IMG/VR virus record: IMGVR_UViG_3300045988_159027
Length of the DNA stretch: 64,000 nucleotides
Strand: one strand, 5' to 3'
Source: a virus
The notes under the pieces were generated by a model, which worked only from the letters and a program-made list of their open reading frames with translations, was not told where the DNA came from and ran no database searches. The position numbers were made by a program, and so were the translations under genes. Positions 1 through 7,979 of the stretch are shown in pieces. Position 1 is the first letter of the stretch; the number at the start of each line of letters is the position of its first letter.

Positions 1-2
1 AT

Positions 3-791
3 ATGGAGCAGACGAGTGAGAAAACGTGCAGGGTGTCTTTCCTTCCGGTGTTTATGGAAATCGGGCAGGGAGACATCAACCAGTGGAATAATTCACGTGC
101 CGGCACGCTGGCCGAGCTGGCCACTACCCTCTCCTATTGGGATTACATGGACGGCGAGCAGATGCAGGCGGACACCGTTTCGCTTCCTTCTCCCCTTACC
201 CTGAACATGAAGTATGGAGCGCATCATGTGTACTTCCTGGCTCACAGCAGTACCGGAGGAAGTATGGAAGGCATGAAATATACTCCTGAGAAAGTAACTG
301 AGACTTTCTGGCAGGATTTTTCTCTTCAAGTGGACGAGAATATGGCTTCGAGTCAGGAACTGCAAATGAAGCGCGTAGTAAGCCGTGCCATGATTACCGT
401 GAAAGATGCGTTTCCTGCCTCGGTGAAATCGGTACGGATGACGGTAGGCGGTCATCTTCGCACGCTGGATGTGACTACCGGAAACGGTGACGCAGATTCC
501 GCATCCGACTATACGATTACATGGGAGATAGGCGACGAGTATGCGGGCCGTAGCGGGCTTTATTTCTCCGTGTTTACCTTCACTCCTACCGAGTCGGAAG
601 AATTTGACGTGACGCTGAAAATAGAGGCTTTGGGAGCCGACGGGAAAATGCTTTACGGTGCACAGGCTTCCAGCGTTCCGCTTCTGAGGAACCGGTGCAC
701 AAACGCCATCTGCCGTCTGTTCAGTGGAAATACAGGAATCACTTTTTCTGATCCGGACGACTGGAATCCGGCCATTGAGATAGAAATGTGA
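3..791 (+). CDS. fimbrillin-like (Mfa2/FimB-type) beta-rich protein, C-terminal part; 5' end outside window
   Basis: ORF open at window edge. The tail ...SSVPLLRNRCTNAICRLFSG resembles the conserved C-terminus of Bacteroidales Mfa2/FimB-type fimbrial subunits (recalled, not searched). Confidence 0.45.
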   Translation: MEQTSEKTCRVSFLPVFMEIGQGDINQWNNSRAGTLAELATTLSYWDYMDGEQMQADTVSLPSPLTLNMKYGAHHVYFLAHSSTGGSMEGMKYTPEKVTETFWQDFSLQVDENMASSQELQMKRVVSRAMITVKDAFPASVKSVRMTVGGHLRTLDVTTGNGDADSASDYTITWEIGDEYAGRSGLYFSVFTFTPTESEEFDVTLKIEALGADGKMLYGAQASSVPLLRNRCTNAICRLFSGNTGITFSDPDDWNPAIEIEM

Positions 792-808
792 CATCATTCA
801 AAAAGCGA

Positions 809-839
809 AGGGCAGAGAAGCTTTTGCTCCCCTGCCCTT
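809..839. terminator. hairpin between convergent genes (AAGGGCAG ... CTGCCCTT)
   Basis: 8-bp perfect stem between the stop at 791 and the stop of the minus-strand gene at 862. Confidence 0.5.
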
Positions 840-861
840 TCGGTGTATGAATTGTGCGGAA

Positions 862-1362
862 TTATTTCCCCACGATGTCTTTGTAGTATTTGTCAATGAA
901 CTCCTGCGCGGCTACATTCAGCAGGTCGATGACAAACACCAAGGTATCTTTCTTTTCCTTGTTACGGCCTTTGTTCATGCTTTTCTTAATGTCTTCCAGC
1001 TTCTCCAGCATGTCTTCTTCCAGATAGACATTCCGCATGATGCGTCCCTCTTTTTCATCTTTTCTAATTCTTTTTCGTATGCCGTTTATTTTCCGTTCTA
1101 CTGCGGGTGATTCGCTTTTCACGGATTCTTTATCGGGCGCAGCCTCTTGTTCCGGACGGATATTTTCCTCTTCCTGGTTATTTGCTTCAACACATGAGTT
1201 TTCAGCAGTGAAGGTAGCAGGAGATTCTTCCGTCTTTTCTTCTTCCTTTTCCTGAGTCGCAGCACTCTCCTCCCCTGCCTTCTCCGCGTTGGCGCGTGCT
1301 TCCTCAATACCCTGCCGAGCATCGAGCATTGTTTCATTCAGGTTGAATCGTTTTTTAGCCAT
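862..1362 (-). CDS. small acidic ParB-like / centromere-binding protein candidate (RHH-like C-terminus)
   Basis: Starts 12 nt downstream of the parA stop on the same strand. Has a long E/K-rich low-complexity centre. The C-terminal RNVYLEEDMLEKLEDIKK looks like a strand-helix (ribbon-helix-helix) start. Confidence 0.5.
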   Translation of the reverse strand: MAKKRFNLNETMLDARQGIEEARANAEKAGEESAATQEKEEEKTEESPATFTAENSCVEANNQEEENIRPEQEAAPDKESVKSESPAVERKINGIRKRIRKDEKEGRIMRNVYLEEDMLEKLEDIKKSMNKGRNKEKKDTLVFVIDLLNVAAQEFIDKYYKDIVGK

Positions 1363-1373
1363 AATCGTGTGTT

Positions 1374-2156
1374 TTACTGGTTATCTAATCGTGATAGAAT
1401 CTCTTTTGCCAGCTCCATGTAGTCGGCAGCTCCCGTGCAGTTGGGCGCAAAATCGAACACGTTCATGCGCTGCGCAGGCGATTCGGCCAGCTGAATGTTT
1501 GTGCGGATGGTGGTATTGAACACCTTCCCAGGGAAATTCTGATTCATCTGTTCGTATGCCTGACGGTGAAGTGACAGACGTTTGTCGTAGCGTGACATGA
1601 TATAACCCAGGATTTCAAGTTTGGGATTGACCATATTTTTGATTTCTTCGTATTTTGCGGTAATTAGGCCCATCCCATCCAGGGCAAATACTTCGCAGTT
1701 GATAGGAATCAGCAGGTAGTCAGAAGCTACCATCGCATTTACAGAAACTACTCCGAAATTTGGTGGACAGTCAATCAGGATAAAATCATAGTGGTCTTTC
1801 AGCTTATCCAGCATCAAGCGAAGAATAAATTCACGTCCTGTTCGGCTCACCAGTTCCTGCTCGCACTTATAAAGGTTTGGGCGTGAGGGGATGAAGTCGA
1901 AGCTTTCTTCGTTTTCGTTTTCGCATAGCACGCATTCCATGATGTCTGCGTTTCCTGTCATCGCATCGTAAAGGGTTTTACCATCCTTTTCCGTGGCCAG
2001 ACGGAATCCCATCATTTTAGATGCGTTACCCTGTGCGTCGGCATCTATTACCAGCACACGTTTACCAAGAGAATGTAAGGCTTTTGCCAGATTGACGGTG
2101 GTAGTGGTCTTCCCTACTCCACCCTTACAGTTGAATGAAGAAATTGTAATTGCCAT
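1374..2156 (-). CDS. parA: ParA/MinD-family partition ATPase
   Basis: Deviant Walker A SSFNCKGGVGKTTTTVNLA, then VLVIDADAQGNAS and ILIDCPP. Start moved to the ATG at 2156 (MAITISS...). Confidence 0.9.
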   Translation of the reverse strand: MAITISSFNCKGGVGKTTTTVNLAKALHSLGKRVLVIDADAQGNASKMMGFRLATEKDGKTLYDAMTGNADIMECVLCENENEESFDFIPSRPNLYKCEQELVSRTGREFILRLMLDKLKDHYDFILIDCPPNFGVVSVNAMVASDYLLIPINCEVFALDGMGLITAKYEEIKNMVNPKLEILGYIMSRYDKRLSLHRQAYEQMNQNFPGKVFNTTIRTNIQLAESPAQRMNVFDFAPNCTGAADYMELAKEILSRLDNQ

Positions 2157-2261
2157 ATCAAATGTTTTTGTTTTATTACACTGCAAAGATAGTCGTTTTT
2201 TTCATTTTCGTCATAAATACAGAAATATTTTTATGCAAAAATGTAAATATTCAAATGTGTA

Positions 2262-2665
2262 AACGTATAAAAGTATTTTTGAATAAAAATATAAAAGTAT
2301 TTTTGCGTAGATACATAAAATAATAATAGTATAAATAAATAAAAGCATAGAAACATAAAAACATAAAAGTATTTTTATATAAACATACTTTTGTGTGGAA
2401 ATACAAAATAGATGAGAGAAAGATATTTTAGTACAAAATCATGGAAGTATTAACGTATAAAAGAATAATTGAGTAAAAGTATAAAAACATAAAAGCATAA
2501 AAGTATTAAAGAATAAAAATATCTACTTTCAAATATACATATATGCAAAAGAATAATAATGTTTTAATACAAATGAATGAAAATATAAAAGCATGAAATA
2601 ATAAAACAGTAAAAGTATTTTTATATAAAAGCATAAAAGCATGTTTGAATAAAAGTATTTATTAT
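2262..2665. repeat. A/T-rich iteron array upstream of parA (candidate centromere or origin iterons)
   Basis: Core AAAAG[TC]AT occurs directly at 2269, 2293, 2341, 2365, 2475, 2491, 2499, 2587, 2611, 2627, 2635 and 2651, and inverted at 2385. Four copies extend to YATAAAAGTATTTTT. Confidence 0.7.
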
Positions 2666-2716
2666 AAATCAGATAATCAATTAGTTTCAAAGTTTGCTTA
2701 TGTGCGGTAAAAACAT

Positions 2717-2724
2717 TATATTTG
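2717..2724 (+). promoter_or_regulatory. canonical Bacteroides -7 box TATATTTG
   Basis: Exact TAnnTTTG match. No credible ORF downstream. Confidence 0.35.
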
Positions 2725-2824
2725 CAAAAAAATTGAGCATGAAAATGTTCTTTGTTTTATTACATCTGGATGGGGAACAGTGGTTCTTCATCCTTTTTCT
2801 TTTTGATATTCAGAGAGAATAGGA

Positions 2825-2832
2825 TATATTTG
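2825..2832 (+). promoter_or_regulatory. canonical Bacteroides -7 box TATATTTG
   Basis: Exact TAnnTTTG match about 150 nt upstream of the terminator at 2978-3010. Confidence 0.35.
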
Positions 2833-2977
2833 CATCATCATGAGAAAAATAGTAACCATGTTATTGCACACGGTGGTGTGAGTTATTTGTTATTGTGAAT
2901 TAATGTGTTAAGATTACATACTCATTTCTATGTAAATAGATTTGAACATACATGTTTTTTATTAATAGTTTATTGAG

Positions 2978-3010
2978 CGCGCTTCCCTGTGAAGGGAGGT
3001 GCGTTTTTTT
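2978..3010 (+). terminator. rho-independent terminator
   Basis: CGCGCTTCCCT-gtga-AGGGAGGTGCG forms an 11-bp stem (two G-U pairs), followed by T7. Confidence 0.6.
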
Positions 3011-3045
3011 GTCCTTCATTACCATATTAACCTTGTATATCTTTG
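3004..3045 (+). promoter_or_regulatory. phage late-promoter motif, copy 1
   Basis: T7-GTCCTTCATT (3011-3020), N17, then TATCTTTG (3038-3045). ATG at 3064. Confidence 0.6.
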
Positions 3046-3063
3046 TACCAAAACAAACGCAAG

Positions 3064-3327
3064 ATGAAGAAACCGACCAAACGTCTGCTCTGGACGGAGG
3101 CGTACAAGCTGATGAACGCCCGCACTCCAGACGGGAAAAATAAGCCGTTCGACATACGTTTTGTGTGTAAGGACGGAACGATAAGCGAATGTTACAACGT
3201 GCAGCGTGCCGTTTCGTACAACCGCGAAAAGGGATACCGTAAACTGGTAATGCCAAACGGAGATTTCCGTTACGTGTACGACGTACTTATTCTGCAGATT
3301 AACGACACAAAGATATTGGTTAAGTAG
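3064..3327 (+). CDS. hypothetical small basic protein
   Basis: First ATG of the track ORF 3043-3327, 19 nt after the -7 box. Stops 4 nt before the portal ATG. Confidence 0.6.
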   Translation: MKKPTKRLLWTEAYKLMNARTPDGKNKPFDIRFVCKDGTISECYNVQRAVSYNREKGYRKLVMPNGDFRYVYDVLILQINDTKILVK

Positions 3328-3331
3328 TTAT

Positions 3332-5065
3332 ATGGCGACAAACACAAAAAATACAAACCGTAAGAAGTCAAACCCGGGAATAAAGGAGTTCAGAGGAAAA
3401 GTGACTTCACTCGTAGACCGTGGATACCAGTATATCGGCATGGCCCGCGTGTCGGAAATCCCGTCTGTATCTTCCTCGGAAATGATGAAAGGGGGAGGGG
3501 CTATCGGCGGGCTGCCCATTCAGGGCACGTTCAATATCTTCGACAGCAAACAGTCGAATCCGGTGCCGGTCAGCAATGCCGGAACACCCGGTCTGGGTTA
3601 CATTCCCTGGGGACCGGAGAACATGCTTCCGAACACTATCTACAAGCTGGTAGGCAGTCTGCCGTACACGGCAACCGCCATCAAATATATTATTGACCTG
3701 ACCGTAGGGCTCGGGCCGCAGCTTATGTACCGATGGTCGCGCTATGTAAACAGTACGGTAAAGACTGAGCTGATTCCCTTCAAGGATGCCGGACTGCTGA
3801 TTCGCAACCGCATCATGGAGATTCAGGCACAGATTGACCAGCAGAAAGCAGGAAGCGGCGAAGAGCAGGGTGGGGAAGGCACAATCACCTGGTCGCAGGC
3901 CGTCTCCGGAGAGGAGAAGAAAGATACCGCACAGGTTGGGACACCGGAATACGAGCTGAAACAGCTTCGTGAAGACTATCGCACCTGGGAAGAGACAGAC
4001 AAGGAATGGGACAAGTTCTGCGAAAATAACAATCTGGAACTTCACTACCTGAAGTGCATGACAGACGACGCTCACATGGATATTTATTTCCCGACCATCG
4101 GGCTAAGCATCGGACGGAAGGACCAAGAGTGGGACCCGAAAATTGTCAAGTTAGGAAACATTCCGGCGGTGTGCTGCCGCATGGAGGAAATGGACGAACG
4201 GATGCGCATCAACTACGTGTATTATGCGGAGAAGTGGAGAAAGGATGCCACGCCAAAGCTGGAAAGAAAAGATGTGGTGGCCTATCCCACACTGATGCCG
4301 GAAAATATGCTTACGGAGCTTCGCCGTCAGGTGGAAAAGAGTAAGAACCGTCCTCCGAAGAAACGTACCACCTGGTTCTGCTGCCCAAGCTATTACCCTT
4401 CGATGCTGAAACCTTATTACCCGCAGCCGGCCTGGTGGAGTATCTTCCCGTCGATGACTTACGATTACGCCACGACATTGATTACCGACAAGGCCATGGC
4501 CCGACAAAATGCGACCATGTGGGGGAAAATGATTTTCATCAACAACGAATACCTTCGTGCGATGTTCGATGAAATGGGAGCGGATACTACCGAAGCGAAA
4601 CAAGCTGTACGTGACAGTATCTATAAGAAGGTGAATGAGTTCCTTCAACGCCGCGAGAACAACGGGAAAACTATCTGTCTGGACTCGTTTGTAGGTCCTG
4701 ACGGAAAGACGATGCAGCATGCGGTGGAAATTGTGGATGTGCCACAGCTGACAAATTCCAGGGATTTAAAAGAGGAGTTGTCCGAAATCTCAAGCGTGGT
4801 GTTCTTTGCCATAGGGGTTCACCCTTCTTTGATTGGAAGCACACCCGGGAATAGCGGAAGCACCGGAGGTACCTACATGCGCGAATTGCAGTTACTCAAG
4901 CAAAACCAGCTTTCTACCCGGCAGCGCATTTATCTGCGGTTCCTGAAGAATATCTATACATTCAACAAATGGGACAAGCACGGAGAAATAGTCATCCGTC
5001 AGCAGACATTTACCACGCTCGACCGTAGCGCAACCGGCACAGAAGAAACGGAATCTACACTATAA
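3332..5065 (+). CDS. portal protein (probable)
   Basis: 577 aa, no Walker A. The C-terminal region ...FFAIGVHPSLIGSTPGNSGSTGGTYMRELQ... is portal-like (recalled pattern). First large gene behind a late promoter. Confidence 0.55.
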   Translation: MATNTKNTNRKKSNPGIKEFRGKVTSLVDRGYQYIGMARVSEIPSVSSSEMMKGGGAIGGLPIQGTFNIFDSKQSNPVPVSNAGTPGLGYIPWGPENMLPNTIYKLVGSLPYTATAIKYIIDLTVGLGPQLMYRWSRYVNSTVKTELIPFKDAGLLIRNRIMEIQAQIDQQKAGSGEEQGGEGTITWSQAVSGEEKKDTAQVGTPEYELKQLREDYRTWEETDKEWDKFCENNNLELHYLKCMTDDAHMDIYFPTIGLSIGRKDQEWDPKIVKLGNIPAVCCRMEEMDERMRINYVYYAEKWRKDATPKLERKDVVAYPTLMPENMLTELRRQVEKSKNRPPKKRTTWFCCPSYYPSMLKPYYPQPAWWSIFPSMTYDYATTLITDKAMARQNATMWGKMIFINNEYLRAMFDEMGADTTEAKQAVRDSIYKKVNEFLQRRENNGKTICLDSFVGPDGKTMQHAVEIVDVPQLTNSRDLKEELSEISSVVFFAIGVHPSLIGSTPGNSGSTGGTYMRELQLLKQNQLSTRQRIYLRFLKNIYTFNKWDKHGEIVIRQQTFTTLDRSATGTEETESTL

Positions 5066-5103
5066 CATACATTTTTCTTCTTCTTTAGGTTTTATTCACA
5101 GAA

Positions 5104-5143
5104 AAAAATCCCGGCAAAACTTCTGATTTGTCGGGATTTTTGT
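5104..5143 (+). terminator. rho-independent terminator after the portal gene
   Basis: AAAAATCCCGGCAAA / TTTGTCGGGATTTTT forms a 15-bp stem with one G-U pair. Confidence 0.75.
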
Positions 5144-5164
5144 TGATTTTGGCTCAAGTGTTTA

Positions 5165-5259
5165 TTAATAGATTTTTCAGTGGCGTAGTATCGCCACTCC
5201 AGTCGCGCTTAATAGATTTTTTGGTGGCGATACTAAGCCACTGAACTCGCGTAACTACG
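5165..5259. repeat. structured repeat element A (two 44-bp tandem units, each TTAATAGATTTTT plus a hairpin)
   Basis: AGTGGCG-tagtat-CGCCACT lies at 5179-5198 and GGTGGCG-atacta-AGCCACT at 5223-5242. Positions 5181-5216 match 60171-60206 at 32 of 36 nt. Confidence 0.7.
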
Positions 5260-5569
5260 ATTTTTCTTCATCTTTGCTTTTTGAATCTTTATTTTCCGGC
5301 TGTTTTTCATGGCTTGTGTTCCCTTGAATGGCGTTTAAAAGATTGATAATCAATCTGTGCTCAATCCGCTTTATCATCAGGAACTGGGTGCATGTCTTGG
5401 CTATCTGTGCAATGATGAAAGAAAGCATCAATATAATAGAGATGAAAAAATTGTACAACCAGTCCCTTGTTTCAGTCCCGTTAAAATATGAAAAAACAGA
5501 AAAGGCTATTTGAGCACATACGAAAATAGGGAAAATAAAGTTGATTGCTTTTAAGATTTTATCTTTCAT
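5255..5569 (-). CDS. small membrane protein
   Basis: Two or three hydrophobic helices and a K/E/D-rich tail. Last gene of the leftward operon. Confidence 0.6.
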   Translation of the reverse strand: MKDKILKAINFIFPIFVCAQIAFSVFSYFNGTETRDWLYNFFISIILMLSFIIAQIAKTCTQFLMIKRIEHRLIINLLNAIQGNTSHEKQPENKDSKSKDEEKS

Positions 5570-5608
5570 AATCTGTTTGTATTTTTATGTATAAATAAAT
5601 GTATAAAA

Positions 5609-6016
5609 TTACTGTTCTATTTCCACACTCAGATAGGGCATTCCGCCTGGTAGCATTGGCCATATCTCCGCGTCTGGTGTAAGCATCCGCATCTGTTTTG
5701 AAGCGAGTCCAAGCAGGCAAAGCTTTTCTACCTCTGTATGGAATCCTGTCCATAGTTGCCCGTCTTTGGTAGAACACGCCTGAAGGAAAGAGGCTCCATC
5801 GCCTGAGCCGGGAAAGAATCCGTCGGGCAGTTGTGAAAGCATTTCGCGTATCTCGTGCCGGTGCACCTCGATGCGTTCCGGATGGAATCCGACTTTTACT
5901 GTAGGGTTCTGAATGGAGTTCACAAACAGATAGAGGTTTTTCCCTTTACATTCTTCGCTGCGAAACATGCAGTCGGCGAAAATTCGGTCTACATTTTCAG
6001 TATTCAGTTCGGTCAT
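5609..6016 (-). CDS. hypothetical protein
   Basis: 135-aa ORF. Its ATG overlaps the stop of the upstream small ORF (ATGA). Confidence 0.65.
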   Translation of the reverse strand: MTELNTENVDRIFADCMFRSEECKGKNLYLFVNSIQNPTVKVGFHPERIEVHRHEIREMLSQLPDGFFPGSGDGASFLQACSTKDGQLWTGFHTEVEKLCLLGLASKQMRMLTPDAEIWPMLPGGMPYLSVEIEQ

Positions 6017-6177
6017 GGCTCTGTGATTTTAATGTCGTCAAGGTTATTGAAATCAACGATGATCTTTGTAATAACGTACACATATTCTTCTCTGCTTTCA
6101 CCTCCCAGATAGGTGGCTGTATTTATTTCGTCAATATCCGAATGAGGGAAAGCGCTTTTGAAAAGTTCTTTCAGCAT
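6013..6177 (-). CDS. hypothetical small protein (54 aa, not in the ORF track)
   Basis: Hand translation gives MLKELFKSAFPHSDIDEINTATYLGGESREEYVYVITKIIVDFNNLDDIKITEP. It fills the gap between neighbours with overlapping start and stop. Confidence 0.5.
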   Translation of the reverse strand: MLKELFKSAFPHSDIDEINTATYLGGESREEYVYVITKIIVDFNNLDDIKITEP

Positions 6178-6752
6178 ATTGAAGTTTTTTTCAGAGGCTG
6201 TAAGGTGGTGCCCGTAGTTTGTAACAGACGATACATCTTCAACATTTCCACCTGATTTTTTATTTCCTTTTCGCGACTGGAAGGGAAGATACCCCCTCTC
6301 AATGTGGCGGTCATTTTGTACCGGTCGAAAATAATTTCATCTATATTTCCGGTTCCTTCGTTGTGCCACCATTCATCAAATGATTCAGTGATAAGTTTCA
6401 ACCTTTCCCTTGCATCCTCGTTCGATACCTTCATCCCGAGCTGTTTTCTTAGTTCCCGGTTCTCATGGTTGAGTGAGCGTATTTCCTTGATGTATTCATT
6501 GTATTTTTTATTCAGGCTGTCTTCATATCCAAGTTCGTTAAGGATGTCTATTGCATTCTTATGAAACAATTCAAGCAATGCTTCTTTTGTACCCTCTTTC
6601 AGGCTCCCTTCTTTTAGCATGTAAAGCAATAAAGAGATTCTTTCGTTTATTTTCTTCTGTTTCTCTGTCAGCTTTTCGTAAAGCATTCCGTCCGGATCAA
6701 GAACTGGAGTATTATCATCGTTCTTTTTAAAGTTTATTTTTCTTTCTTCCAT
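6171..6752 (-). CDS. hypothetical coiled-coil protein
   Basis: 193-aa ORF in a tightly packed operon. Confidence 0.65.
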   Translation of the reverse strand: MEERKINFKKNDDNTPVLDPDGMLYEKLTEKQKKINERISLLLYMLKEGSLKEGTKEALLELFHKNAIDILNELGYEDSLNKKYNEYIKEIRSLNHENRELRKQLGMKVSNEDARERLKLITESFDEWWHNEGTGNIDEIIFDRYKMTATLRGGIFPSSREKEIKNQVEMLKMYRLLQTTGTTLQPLKKTSIC

Positions 6753-6765
6753 GGTTTATTTGTTT

Positions 6766-7008
6766 TTATTCCGTATTTAAAATTTCATAGGTTTTATTAT
6801 CCCCCTGATAGTCATCTAGCGGACACCAGTCTGGGATTTCTATTGGTGCATCAATAATTTTATTTACGTCATTCCGCTTTACCACCCTATTTGTGGGTGA
6901 ACATAGAATGATATATCCAAAACTAGCGCCTTCCTGGTTGTATTTCCGGTGGAAAACGCATTCTTCGCAATGCGAAACAATTGTGCTGATTTTCTTTTTT
7001 TCTGCCAT
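6766..7008 (-). CDS. Cys-rich small protein, paralogue of 7014-7316
   Basis: CxxC ... C ... IPDWCPLD motif shared with the neighbour. Confidence 0.65.
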   Translation of the reverse strand: MAEKKKISTIVSHCEECVFHRKYNQEGASFGYIILCSPTNRVVKRNDVNKIIDAPIEIPDWCPLDDYQGDNKTYEILNTE

Positions 7009-7013
7009 AGGTT

Positions 7014-7316
7014 CTAGTTATTATATCTCACCATAGGTACTTCACATTGTGAATCACGTAGGTTTTTTTCTTTAAGCCCGTAAATTTCATTCTCTCCGGT
7101 GTAGCAATCAAGCGGACACCAGTCCGGGATAAAGTTACTCATATTTATCTTATCTGTGTGATAAATATAATCATCACTAATGATTATTTGGTCTTTTTCT
7201 TTGCATACAAGCACTGAACCGGTTGAGCCTTGAGAAGAGTCGTACCTTTTTGAGTGCGGACACTTCAGGCAGTCGGTAATAACTGCACTTATTCTGGGTT
7301 TAACTTTATTGTCCAT
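7014..7316 (-). CDS. Cys-rich small protein, paralogue of 6766-7008
   Basis: CLKCPH ... FIPDWCPLD motif. Confidence 0.65.
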   Translation of the reverse strand: MDNKVKPRISAVITDCLKCPHSKRYDSSQGSTGSVLVCKEKDQIIISDDYIYHTDKINMSNFIPDWCPLDCYTGENEIYGLKEKNLRDSQCEVPMVRYNN

Positions 7317-7327
7317 ATTACTTATTT

Positions 7328-7969
7328 TTATTCCGGTAGTGGGTTATCAAATATTTCTTTCAGTTTATTCATTGATTCCTGAATACGTTTTTCAAGGTTT
7401 TCCGTGTAGTGGTCATCATTTATCGGATTGGGGATAAATGTTGTTTCTACTCCGTAACGACCTATGTCAAGAGGGAGAGGGAAAAACGCAACAGTATCTA
7501 CTGTCGTTCCCGGGATTAAATTGACGGTAATGCTTACGCCTTTAATGTCTTTCACCATCGTAAACCAGACGCTGTGATTCTTACACGTTGCGAGGTCCTT
7601 TATCAGTCCTTTCTCTTCCAGTGGTTTCAGGTATTTCGTAATGTATAAATCGGTGTTTACTGATTTTCTGTTTAGTTCATCATTAATGGATTTATTTGCA
7701 GCCATCAGTCTTTGATAAATAAACCTCCGTTCTGGTGATCTAAATGTTTCCTCTACTGACACATCGGACTTAAAAAATGTGATATGGTCTTCATCCGCCT
7801 CTGTTTCGATAATGACTTTCATTGAGTTTTCTCGTGACGGCTCATTAAGTCTGAACATGATGCGCCATCTGCATGGAATAACCCGCAAGTCTGTGATAAT
7901 TCCTTTCTCTTCCAGCGGTTTCAGGTATTCAGACACATATTTTTCTATTGAATAATCGTTTGCGGTCAT
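7328..7969 (-). CDS. two-repeat protein, paralogue of 7980-8642
   Basis: Starts MTANDYSIEKYVSEYLKPLEEKG. An internal repeat reads ITKYLKPLEEKGLIKD. Confidence 0.7.
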   Translation of the reverse strand: MTANDYSIEKYVSEYLKPLEEKGIITDLRVIPCRWRIMFRLNEPSRENSMKVIIETEADEDHITFFKSDVSVEETFRSPERRFIYQRLMAANKSINDELNRKSVNTDLYITKYLKPLEEKGLIKDLATCKNHSVWFTMVKDIKGVSITVNLIPGTTVDTVAFFPLPLDIGRYGVETTFIPNPINDDHYTENLEKRIQESMNKLKEIFDNPLPE

Positions 7970-7979
7970 AGGCTTATTT

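Noticed and set aside
93-797. Minus-strand ORF of 234 aa opposite the fimbrillin-like gene.
   Set aside because: It is a shadow ORF of the plus-strand frame, which has the recognisable C-terminal motif.
2262-2665. Possibility that the A/T repeat array is a CRISPR array.
   Set aside because: The repeats are only 8-15 nt and irregularly spaced, with one inverted. There are no unique spacers of constant length and no cas genes. An iteron or centromere interpretation fits better.
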